Shown here piece after piece: positions 45,447 through 53,970 of a stretch of DNA of 64,000 nt (position 1 is the first letter of the stretch; the number at the start of each line of letters is the position of its first letter). Both the position numbers and the translations under genes were made by a program. The stretch is taken from positions 64,001 to 128,000 of the forward strand of contig CAVYJM010000011.1 in NCBI GenBank assembly GCA_963768855.1, in the 5' to 3' direction. The DNA comes from an uncultured Thermoplasmata archaeon (GTDB lineage: Archaea; Thermoplasmatota; Thermoplasmata; RBG-16-68-12). The notes under the pieces were generated by a model. It made no database searches and was not told the origin of the DNA. It saw nothing but the letters and a program-made list of their open reading frames with translations.

Positions 45447-46886
45447 CTACGGGGGCGGAGGCGGGGGAGTCTGCGCCTGTCCGGCGGCCGGGGACGCCCT
45501 CGCGGGGCGTCGGCGACGGCGCATGACGAGCAACGCGACGATCGCAACGACCGCCACGACCAGGATCAGGAGGCCCCAGTAGGGCGCCTGCAGGAAGAAG
45601 TCCGCGATCGCGTTCCCCTGCGCGGGCGGGACGACGCTGTAGTCCGTCTTCGTCTTCTGGATGTTCCCCCTTGCCGTCGACGACGGCACGTTCGGCATCT
45701 CGAAGATGGGGATCTGGGACGGTCCCGGGCAGAGGAGCGCGGAGAAGCCTACGATCATGCCCTCGTTCGGCGCGGGGTACGTCGGGCTGTACAGCGCGGC
45801 GATCGTCGCTCCACACACGCCCGGCGCCATGGCCGGGTAGATCTCGAACACTTCATGGAACTGGTTGTCCGAGAGGAACTGGGACACCTGGCTCGCCTGC
45901 AGCTCGAGGTTGACCGGGAGCGGATTCGTTTCGTGGATCTGACCGTGGTTGAACACGTTGACGCCGCCGTACACGATGGCGACCTGGGAGAGGTCGATCG
46001 GGAAGTGGTCCAGGCCGGTCACGGAGAGCAGCGGGATTCCGCCCAGGACCTGGCTCACGTTCTCGAAGAACGCCTGCTCGTCCTGGGCGCTCAGCCCGGT
46101 CACGTCGATCGTCCCCGTCTCGGTCCCCGCGAACGTCGCGGTCGAGTTGGCCCACCACGTCTCATTGTCCGTGATCGGGAAGTTGAAGACGTCCAGGGCC
46201 GGGGAGAAGAGCGTCGAGAGCCCGTTCTGTGTGTCCACGGTGAGACCGAGGTCCCGGCTCGGGTAGGTCACGGTCACGGCGCACGTCGTATTGTCGAAGC
46301 CGAAGGACGGGACGTTGACGAGGCTCGCGCTCGCCCTCAGCTGGGTCGTCGAGTTCGTCGTGTCGTTCTGGATTGCAAGGGTCGAGATCGCGTAGGACGT
46401 CCGCCCGTCCGAGGTCGTCAGGCCGGTCAGGTCGAGGGTCACGTTCGAGGCGTCGGTCTTCGTGGGGAACACGGGCAGGGTGCAGTTCTCCCCGATCCGG
46501 ATTCCCGCGTACGTTCCGGCCTGCGGGAGATTGTTGAACGTCGCGTTCAAGACGAGATGGAGCTTGATCCCGGAGGCGGACACCGTATGGAGGATGTACG
46601 CGCTGTCCGTCTTCATCGTGACCTGCTGGTCGACCCACGAGTCGAGGGATCCGGTCGCATTGACGTAGTTGAGATGGGTGATATTGACGAGGCTCAGGTA
46701 GCTTGAGCTCCCCGTGAGGAGCGTGGTCAGCTCTTGGCCGAGGGGGACGGTGAGGCCGTACCCGACCTCCTGCCCGACCTGCCACGTAGGGACCGTCGCG
46801 GGTTGCGCGGCTGCGGGAACCGCGAAGGCGGTCAAGGCGAGGAGGAGGGCGAGTGCCGCAGGGAGCCAGGCGCGTGCAGGGATCAT
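45447..46886 (-). CDS. Secreted, C-terminally membrane-anchored surface glycoprotein (hypothetical)
   Basis: N-terminal signal peptide, Thr/Asn/Val-rich body with about 10 N-x-S/T sequons, C-terminal TM followed by RRRRR and a Pro-rich tail. Confidence 0.75.
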   Translation of the reverse strand: MIPARAWLPAALALLLALTAFAVPAAAQPATVPTWQVGQEVGYGLTVPLGQELTTLLTGSSSYLSLVNITHLNYVNATGSLDSWVDQQVTMKTDSAYILHTVSASGIKLHLVLNATFNNLPQAGTYAGIRIGENCTLPVFPTKTDASNVTLDLTGLTTSDGRTSYAISTLAIQNDTTNSTTQLRASASLVNVPSFGFDNTTCAVTVTYPSRDLGLTVDTQNGLSTLFSPALDVFNFPITDNETWWANSTATFAGTETGTIDVTGLSAQDEQAFFENVSQVLGGIPLLSVTGLDHFPIDLSQVAIVYGGVNVFNHGQIHETNPLPVNLELQASQVSQFLSDNQFHEVFEIYPAMAPGVCGATIAALYSPTYPAPNEGMIVGFSALLCPGPSQIPIFEMPNVPSSTARGNIQKTKTDYSVVPPAQGNAIADFFLQAPYWGLLILVVAVVAIVALLVMRRRRRPARASPAAGQAQTPPPPPP

Positions 46887-47000
46887 GGGATCTCTCCGTG
46901 TCACGGTGCCAACTCAGCCCGCTTTCTTATAAGTTCCTGAGTGTGCAATTATCACCGCACTGTGTGGATTCCGGCACCCAGGCCCCCTTCCGCGCACTCG

Positions 47001-47021
47001 CGGACCCGCGACGCGGGTCCG
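47001..47021 (-). terminator. Perfect 10-bp-arm GC palindrome just downstream of the E2 gene; possible terminator or processing hairpin
   Basis: CGGACCCGCG-A-CGCGGGTCCG, about 15 nt after the pdhC stop. Confidence 0.4.
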
Positions 47022-47035
47022 GGCTTTGAGCTTGG

Positions 47036-48262
47036 TCACACTTCCACGAACAGCATCGCGGGATGCTCGAGATAGCCCTTCACGGACTGGACGAAGGCCG
47101 CGCCGACATGGCCGTCGATGACGCGGTGGTCGAAGGAGCACGACACGTACATCATCTCGCGGGCCACGATGTGGTCATCCCGGACGACGGGGCGCTTCTC
47201 GATCTTGTGGACGCCGAGGATGGCGACCTCGGGCCAGTTGATGATCGGGGTCGCGAGGATGCCGCCCTCCTTGCCGAGGGACGTGATCGTGAACGTGGAC
47301 CCCTGGACCTCCTGGAGGGTGAGCTTCTTCTCCCGGGCCGCGGTCGCGAGGTGCTCAATCTCCTTCGCGAGGGCCCAGAGGTCCATCCGGTCCGCGTCAT
47401 GGAGCACGGTGACCGTGAGCCCCTCGTCTGTGGCGGTCGCGATGCCCAGGTTGTAGTACCGCTTGACCACGATCTCCTGGCGCTCGTCGTCCACGGAGGC
47501 GTTGAGGGTCGGATGCTCGCGGAGCGCCGCGACGCACGCCTTGACGATGAACGGCAGGAAGGTGAGCTTGACGCCCTTCTTCACGCCCACCTCGTTCAGC
47601 CGTTCCCGGAGCTGCACGAGGTGGCTCATGTCGACCTCCTCGACGTACGTGAAGTGCGCCGCGGTCGTGTTCGACTTCGCCATCTTGTCGTAGATGCGCT
47701 TCCGCAGGCCGTGGATCGGGATGCGCTCCTCGGCGCCGGCACTCGGGACGGGGACCGCGGGTTTCGGTGCTAGGCTCGGAGTCGCGGCGGGCATCGGGCC
47801 GCGGGCCGCGCCGCGCACGTCCGCTTCCGTGATTCGCCCGGCGGGGCCCGTGCCCCGGATCGAGGACAGGTCGATGCCGAGCTCGCGAGCGAGGCGACGG
47901 ACCGCGGGCGCCGCGAGCGCCTCGCCCCCGCGGGCCGGCGAGGCGGCCGGGGTCGAGGAGGGGGGCGGAGGAGGAACGGATGGGGCCGGGGCGGCTGGCG
48001 CTGCCGGGAGCCGCGCGGACTCGCCCGCGTCCCCGAAGACGACGATCGTGCTTCCGACCTTCACGATCTCACCTTCCTTCCCGCGGCGTTCGAGGATCTT
48101 TCCCGTGACCGGGGAGGGGATCTGGACCGTCACCTTGTCCGTCATGACCTCGACGAGGGGCTCGTTCTCCTTGACGCCGTCCCCCTCCTTGACGAACCAC
48201 TTCGTGATCTCGCCCTCGTGGACGCCTTCGCCAATGTCGGGGAGCTTGAATTCGCGGGTCAT
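47036..48262 (-). CDS. pdhC: 2-oxoacid dehydrogenase E2 (dihydrolipoamide acyltransferase)
   Basis: LPDIGEG, lipoyl site EVMTDKV, Pro/Ala linker, PAVRRLA E3-binding domain, DHRVIDG. Confidence 0.95.
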   Translation of the reverse strand: MTREFKLPDIGEGVHEGEITKWFVKEGDGVKENEPLVEVMTDKVTVQIPSPVTGKILERRGKEGEIVKVGSTIVVFGDAGESARLPAAPAAPAPSVPPPPPSSTPAASPARGGEALAAPAVRRLARELGIDLSSIRGTGPAGRITEADVRGAARGPMPAATPSLAPKPAVPVPSAGAEERIPIHGLRKRIYDKMAKSNTTAAHFTYVEEVDMSHLVQLRERLNEVGVKKGVKLTFLPFIVKACVAALREHPTLNASVDDERQEIVVKRYYNLGIATATDEGLTVTVLHDADRMDLWALAKEIEHLATAAREKKLTLQEVQGSTFTITSLGKEGGILATPIINWPEVAILGVHKIEKRPVVRDDHIVAREMMYVSCSFDHRVIDGHVGAAFVQSVKGYLEHPAMLFVEV

Positions 48263-48428
48263 CGCGGTCGCCGTCCCTGTGCGGTGGGCGTCGAAGCTCC
48301 CCGTGTGTAATAATCCTTCGCTCACGAGCGCAGCAGGAGTCGCCCGCGACGATGCATTAAAGCGGGAACCCAGTCCTCTTCTTCGGGACATGACGCGGCC
48401 GTCTCGCCACCTCGTTTGCCGGGGGAAG

Positions 48429-48929
48429 ATGGAGGCTCCGTTCCGGTACGTCCGGTACGTCGGCGTACCGTCCCTCGTGTTCGGGGTCGGGGTTGTCGGG
48501 TATGTGCTGTACCGTTCGACGGGATCTCTCCGCGCGGATCTTCTCGATCCAGTCTCCATCCTCGCCATCGCTGTGGCCCTGTCGAGCCTCGCCCTCGGCA
48601 TCCTCTTACTCCTTTTGCTCCTCCGAGTTGGGCCCAACGCCGTGTACGAGGAGGGCATCGACATGGGGAACGTGCCGCGCTATTGGGAAGTCCTCGCAGG
48701 TCGCACCTTTCACTCTTGGGATGAGTTCTCTCGATATCGTATCGAACTCATCGGCCCGCCGGCGCACCGGCTGAAGCGGATCACCCTCTACTGGCGGAAA
48801 GGTCGTGGCCGCATCGTCTTCACCAACGCCTACCTGAGCGCCGAGTTTGTGGACGCTCTCGGACAATTCCTCGCGACCTCCAAGGTGCTCCCGCTCGAGC
48901 AGGAAGCGGCCGAGACGCCGGCGGCGTAG
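48429..48929 (+). CDS. Hypothetical membrane protein (2 TM plus small soluble domain)
   Basis: Two hydrophobic helices followed by a bPH-like pattern; alternative start at 48390. Confidence 0.55.
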   Translation: MEAPFRYVRYVGVPSLVFGVGVVGYVLYRSTGSLRADLLDPVSILAIAVALSSLALGILLLLLLLRVGPNAVYEEGIDMGNVPRYWEVLAGRTFHSWDEFSRYRIELIGPPAHRLKRITLYWRKGRGRIVFTNAYLSAEFVDALGQFLATSKVLPLEQEAAETPAA

Positions 48930-49181
48930 GGAACGGTTTTATGACTCCGGCCCGATACCCGGTCGGGGAGGAGCTGGGTCGTGGAGGAGTGGCACAGACC
49001 GGTGGGCGTGATTTGTGCCGGCCGGCTCGGCGCCATCGACCTCCGGGAACTCGCTCGCCTCGGACCTCGGGTCCGGACGGCGGAGGACTCCCGTTGAGGG
49101 GCAAGGGCCGTCCGAGGAATCCCGACCTGCTCCTCCTTTCCCAAGGGGGACCACGAACGAGAGGGGGGCCGTGATCGAGGC

Positions 49182-49577
49182 ATGCTTTCTCCCCGCCGCG
49201 TGGCCCTCGTGGTGCTCGCCCTCCTGACCGCTGGCTCCCTCCTGGCCGCGGGACTGCTCGGGGTCTTCGCGGATCGATTGGGCCTCGTGGCCCATTCGGG
49301 ACTCTCCGCAGGAGCCCTCTCGTCCGGCGGCGTGGTGTTCCTCGTCCTCGGGATCCTGCTCCTTCTCACGAGTCCCTTCCTCCTGCGACGGCGCCCCACG
49401 GCCTGGCGGGTCGCCATCTTCGTGTCTCTGCTCGCCGTGCTCTGGTCCTTCTATTCGATTGCCCGGACGATCGAGGTGTTACACCTCGAATGGGAGATCG
49501 CCGCGGTCATGGCGGCGGTCCTTGCCGGATACCTCCCGTCCGTCCGTCGGTTCTTCCGGCCGATCGACGTGGGTTGA
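49182..49577 (+). CDS. Hypothetical membrane protein (4 TM)
   Basis: 131 aa, strongly hydrophobic, ends LPSVRRFF. Confidence 0.65.
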   Translation: MLSPRRVALVVLALLTAGSLLAAGLLGVFADRLGLVAHSGLSAGALSSGGVVFLVLGILLLLTSPFLLRRRPTAWRVAIFVSLLAVLWSFYSIARTIEVLHLEWEIAAVMAAVLAGYLPSVRRFFRPIDVG

Positions 49578-49673
49578 ATCGGGCGTCCCTCGGGTGCGCT
49601 GGGCCAGACGATTCGCGAATCCGAGAATCAGAGGGGAAGGGTTATCCACCGCCCGCGGGAGTTCGCCCTCTCC

Positions 49674-50267
49674 ATGCCGCATCCTCCTCCGCGCCTCCAT
49701 CTCGAGGGCCGGCCCGGCGAACTGCTGGAGTCGGGGATGAGGATGTGTCTCATCGACGTCGAGACCTCGTTTCACGGCCTGCGGAAGTCCGTCGAGGGCG
49801 TGGTCGGGGACGCTGCGGCGATCCTCTTCTACGAATCGGGGCTTCGAGGCGGCACCCACTACGCGGACGCCATCCTCCGGAACGGCGTCATGACCCCGGA
49901 CGAGCCCGGCTACCGGCGTGCCATCGAAGAGTACTCCGTCGGCGGCTTCGGTGCCTTCGAGATCCGCGAGCTGGACTTCGCGCGCGGCAAAGCGGTGATC
50001 GTTTGCCGGGAGCCCATGGCCTTCGAGGCCCATGCGGCGCTCGCAAACGGCGAGCGTCGCCCGCAGCCCGTGTGCGACTTCTCCCGCGGCGTCCTCGCGG
50101 GGCTTCTCTCCGGATTCACGCACCGGACGGACCTGGGATGTTTCGAGGAAACGTGCCGTGCCGTCGGGAGCGATGAGTGTCTCTTCCGGATCGGCGGGGA
50201 CGAGGCGATGCGCCGGGCCGCCGTGGCTCGCAGCCTCTCCCGGCCGCCCGCCAAACCCCGCGCGTGA
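49674..50267 (+). CDS. V4R (4-vinyl reductase) domain protein
   Basis: GFG...SFE-like EPMAFEA, PVCDFSRGVLAG, EETCRAVGSDECLF. Confidence 0.85.
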   Translation: MPHPPPRLHLEGRPGELLESGMRMCLIDVETSFHGLRKSVEGVVGDAAAILFYESGLRGGTHYADAILRNGVMTPDEPGYRRAIEEYSVGGFGAFEIRELDFARGKAVIVCREPMAFEAHAALANGERRPQPVCDFSRGVLAGLLSGFTHRTDLGCFEETCRAVGSDECLFRIGGDEAMRRAAVARSLSRPPAKPRA

Positions 50268-50280
50268 TTCGCGGCGGCGG

Positions 50281-51252
50281 CTAGAAGGCCATGACCTTGT
50301 CGATGCCCGCGAGCACACGGTCCGGGTTCGGCATGTACACGTCCTCGAGGGCATAGGGGAACGGCGTGTCGAAGCCCGCCACGCGGACGATTGGCCCGCG
50401 GAGGTACTCGATCGCCTTCTCCGCGAGGAGGGCGCTGATCTCGCCGCCATATCCGCCCGTCCGCGGGGCCTCGTAGACGACGACGGCCCGGCCCGTCTTC
50501 TTCACGGAATCGAGGACGGCGTCCACGTCGAGGGGCACGAGGCTCCGGAGGTCGACGACCTCTGCCTCGACGCCCTTCCCCGCGGCCTTCTCCGCCGCCT
50601 CGAGGCACACCTGGGCCATGTAGCCCCACGCGAACAGGGAGACGTCTTTCCCGGCGCGACGCACCAGGGCCTTCCCGATCGGGACGGTGAGCTCCCCCTC
50701 AGGCACTTCCTCGCGGAATGCGCGGTACAGCTTCTTGGGCTCGAGGAAGAGCACCGGATCCGGATCCCGGATCGACGACGTCAGGAGACCCTTCGCATCC
50801 GAGGGGGTCGACGGCACGACGACCTTGATCCCCGGGGTGTGGCAGAAGTATGCCTCGCTCGACTGGGAGTGGTAGTGCCCCCCGCGGATCCCGCCTCCGT
50901 ACGGGGTGCGGATCGTCATCGGGACCGTGTACTGCCCGCCGCTGCGGTACCGCATCTTGGCGGCCTCCGAGACGATCTGGTCGAAAGCGGGGTAGATGAA
51001 GTCCATGAACTGGATCTCGGGCACCGGGCGGAGGCCGTAGAGCGCCATGCCGATTGCGCTCCCGATGATCCCGCTCTCGGCGAGGGGCGTGTCGAACACG
51101 CGGTCGGGGAACTCGTCGATGAGGCCCTCCGTGCACCGGAAGACGCCGCCGTTCTTGCCCACGTCCTCGCCCAAGACCACGACGCGGTCGTCCCGTCGCA
51201 TCTCCTCCCGGAGAGCGTTATTGATCGCCTGCACCATTGTCATCTGCGGCAT
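50281..51252 (-). CDS. pdhB: 2-oxoacid dehydrogenase E1 beta subunit
   Basis: GEDVGKNGGVFR, TPLAESGI, EIQFMDF, HYHSQS, VDLRSLVPLD. Confidence 0.95.
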   Translation of the reverse strand: MPQMTMVQAINNALREEMRRDDRVVVLGEDVGKNGGVFRCTEGLIDEFPDRVFDTPLAESGIIGSAIGMALYGLRPVPEIQFMDFIYPAFDQIVSEAAKMRYRSGGQYTVPMTIRTPYGGGIRGGHYHSQSSEAYFCHTPGIKVVVPSTPSDAKGLLTSSIRDPDPVLFLEPKKLYRAFREEVPEGELTVPIGKALVRRAGKDVSLFAWGYMAQVCLEAAEKAAGKGVEAEVVDLRSLVPLDVDAVLDSVKKTGRAVVVYEAPRTGGYGGEISALLAEKAIEYLRGPIVRVAGFDTPFPYALEDVYMPNPDRVLAGIDKVMAF

Positions 51253-51258
51253 CCGCGT

Positions 51259-51900
51259 TCACGACTCCGTCGCGTAGTACTCCGCGTAGGGATCCTCGCT
51301 CGGCCCCTGCCCGGGCAGGCGTTCCTGCAGGTCCGGGTCGTCCTTGAGGGGACGGAGGTCCGGGTCTTCGTCGAGACGGTCGAGGTAGTCCGCCTGGAGT
51401 TCCACGGCCTTCACGAAGTGTTCGATCGCCTTAGGTTTGTTTCTCATTCTCGCGGCGATCCGCGCGACATTGTAGTGCGCGCTCGCGCGCCCGGGCTCGA
51501 GCTCGAGCGCATGTGCATACGCCCCAAGCGCCCCCTCGAGGTCTCCCGCATTCAGCAGATCGAACCCGAGGCTGTTCCATCCCTGCGGGTTGGACGGGTT
51601 CGCGTCGCAGAGCATCTGGTCGATCCGGGCGGCCTCGAGATGCTTGCCCTCGGACCCCAGGCAGGCCGCAGCGAGGGCGGCGGCCTCCGGGTCGACGGTG
51701 TCCTTCCTCTGGATGAGCGGACGCACCAGGGCCAGCGCCTCTGAGGTGCGTCCCTGCTTGAACAGTTCGTGGGCCCGGGCGACGGCGGTCCCGCCGGGTG
51801 GCGACGCGACGGCTGCGGCGCTCCCCTTCTTGCCGATCCTCTCACCCCCTCGGGAACGCCTTCGCCTCGGCGAGCTGCTCGCGGAGGTTCCACGGGACAT
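51259..51900 (-). CDS. Tetratricopeptide repeat protein
   Basis: TPR patterns (GWNSLG..., AHYNVARI...A...D.DL..L). Start uncertain because the ATG lies inside the E1-alpha 3' end. Confidence 0.8.
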   Translation of the reverse strand: MSRGTSASSSPRRRRSRGGERIGKKGSAAAVASPPGGTAVARAHELFKQGRTSEALALVRPLIQRKDTVDPEAAALAAACLGSEGKHLEAARIDQMLCDANPSNPQGWNSLGFDLLNAGDLEGALGAYAHALELEPGRASAHYNVARIAARMRNKPKAIEHFVKAVELQADYLDRLDEDPDLRPLKDDPDLQERLPGQGPSEDPYAEYYATES

Positions 51901-52951
51901 CCTCGGTGACCTCAGTGAAGAACGTATCGACGGGAACCGGGGGCATCGCCTCGGCCTCGGATATCGCCTGCGTGATCTCGTCCCCGAGCCCCTTCTCCAG
52001 GGACGCCTCGCGAGGCTCGTCCCACCATCCTTGACGCTCGAGGTAGGCGCGGAAGCGGACGAGCGGGTCGCGCGCCCGCCAGGTCGCGGCCTCCTTCTCG
52101 TCCCGGTACCTCGACGGGTCGTCGCTGGACGAGTGCGGCCCGAACCGGTAGCTGAGCGCCTCGATCAGGGTCGGCCCCCGTCCGGCGCGCGCCTCCGCCG
52201 CAGCGTGACGAACCGCGCCGTACACCGCGAGCGCGTCCATGCCGTCCACGCGCAGCCCCGGAAGGCCGTAGGCCTGTGCCTTCTCCGCGAGCGTCGCGGA
52301 GGCGGTCTGCCTCGAGACCGGGAGGGAGATGGCCCACTGGTTGTTGTTGCAGAAGAAGACGCACGGGACGCCGAAGACGCCCGCGAAGTTCATCGACACG
52401 TGGAAGTCCGGGGTGCTCGTCGCCCCGTCGCCGAAGTACACGAGGACGGCGTCGCGGGCCTTGCGGAGCTTCATCCCCCAGGCGATCCCCATCGCGTGCG
52501 GGATCTGCGTTCCCACGGGCGAGGAGATGGAGAGGTAGTTCCCCTTGCGGTACACGTAGTGGCAGGGCATCTGGCGCCCCTTCGCGGGGTCGCCGCTGTT
52601 CGTCATGAACTGGCAGATGAGCTCCGTGAGGGGCATGCCGCGGGCCAGCGCGGCCCCGGGCTCCCGGTACTGCGGGACGATCCAGTCTCCCGCCTCCATG
52701 GCCATCGCCGCTCCGACGATCGCGGCTTCTTGGCCGATGGAGGGCCCGTAGAACCCGATCCGCCCCTGTCGCTGGAGCGCGAGCATACGGTTGTCGAGGA
52801 CGCGCTCGAGCATCATTGCGCGGTAGAGCCGTTCCGCGTCGGTCCGCGAGAGCCCGGGGTCGGCAGCGGGCTCGACGGACCCGTCTTCCCGGAGCACGCG
52901 CACGGTTTCTCCCAGGGAATTCCTCCTCGACAGGAGTCGGTGTGAAAGCAT
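51842..52951 (-). CDS. pdhA: 2-oxoacid dehydrogenase E1 alpha, paralog 2
   Basis: LQRQGRIGFY, GRQMPCH, GDGATS...NNQWAIS, HSSSDDP. Confidence 0.92.
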   Translation of the reverse strand: MLSHRLLSRRNSLGETVRVLREDGSVEPAADPGLSRTDAERLYRAMMLERVLDNRMLALQRQGRIGFYGPSIGQEAAIVGAAMAMEAGDWIVPQYREPGAALARGMPLTELICQFMTNSGDPAKGRQMPCHYVYRKGNYLSISSPVGTQIPHAMGIAWGMKLRKARDAVLVYFGDGATSTPDFHVSMNFAGVFGVPCVFFCNNNQWAISLPVSRQTASATLAEKAQAYGLPGLRVDGMDALAVYGAVRHAAAEARAGRGPTLIEALSYRFGPHSSSDDPSRYRDEKEAATWRARDPLVRFRAYLERQGWWDEPREASLEKGLGDEITQAISEAEAMPPVPVDTFFTEVTEDVPWNLREQLAEAKAFPRG

Positions 52952-53019
52952 CGGTCAACGCGGACTTAAGCGTATCGCAGGACGGCATCTCTTTATCGCC
53001 CCGGCGCTTTCGGCTCCGG

Positions 53020-53970
53020 GTGTCCGCCCGTGCCGACGCACGTGTCGTCGGCTACCTTGCGGTTTCCGTCGCAGCGGTCTTGTACGGCCTCTGGGCGAAC
53101 CTCTCGAAGCTCGTCGAGAACAGCGTGCCTCCCCTGACCATCGCGCTCTACACGCAGTTCCTCCCGGGACTCCTGTACCTTCCGGCCCTGGCGCGTCACG
53201 GCTTCCCCCGGAAGGACGTGCCTCTCCTGCTGGTCATCAGCGGGGCCGGAGCCGTCGCCGCCCCTGTCGTCTACTACTACGGCCTCGTCGGGACGACCGC
53301 GTCGAACGCCGCCCTCCTCTCCAACTCCGAAGCCGTGTTCACGGTCGTGATCGCGTTCGCGTTCCTCGGCGAGCGGCTCACCCGCAGAGGATACGTCGCC
53401 CTCGCGGGGGTCGTGGTCGGGGCGTTCATCGTGACGACGGAGCTGCGCCTGACGGACCTCGCCTCGGTACAGTACCTCGCCGGGAACCTCCTGCTCATCC
53501 TGGGAACCTTCTTCTGGGCCGTCGACAACAATGGGAGCACGGTCCTGAGCAAGCGTTCCCGGATCCTCCCGATGATCTCCGTGAAGCTGCTCCTGGGATC
53601 CGCCCTGCTCCTTCCCATCCTGCTCGTGGCCGGAGCGCCCCTCGTCCCGTCCGGTCCCGACGCGTGGCTTCTGCTCGTGATCGCCTTCGCCGGAGTGGCG
53701 AGCTTCACGATCCTTTTCTACTTCGCCCTTCGCCGGATCGGAGCGATGCGCGCGGGGTCCATCCTCTCCACGTCATCTCTGTGGGGCGTGCTCATCTCGC
53801 TCATCCTGTTCCCCGGAGAGACCCTGAGCCCGACGCAGATCGCGGGGGGCGCGCTGATGGTCCTCGCGACGATCGCCCTCTACGTGTTCGGCGGCACAGA
53901 GTCCGCCACGTCCGCCCCCGCCGGCGAAACCTTGAAACCCGCGGGCTCAGATGGTCCGAGGCTGCCTTGA
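53020..53970 (+). CDS. DMT/EamA family transporter
   Basis: About 10 TM segments in two EamA repeats; GTG start about 25 nt after a TTTAT box. Confidence 0.88.
   Translation: MSARADARVVGYLAVSVAAVLYGLWANLSKLVENSVPPLTIALYTQFLPGLLYLPALARHGFPRKDVPLLLVISGAGAVAAPVVYYYGLVGTTASNAALLSNSEAVFTVVIAFAFLGERLTRRGYVALAGVVVGAFIVTTELRLTDLASVQYLAGNLLLILGTFFWAVDNNGSTVLSKRSRILPMISVKLLLGSALLLPILLVAGAPLVPSGPDAWLLLVIAFAGVASFTILFYFALRRIGAMRAGSILSTSSLWGVLISLILFPGETLSPTQIAGGALMVLATIALYVFGGTESATSAPAGETLKPAGSDGPRLP

Noticed and set aside
44409-46706. 765-aa ORF on the plus strand, and the many similar overlapping ORFs in the track
   Set aside because: Antisense to lpdA and the surface protein; shadow ORFs with no independent evidence.
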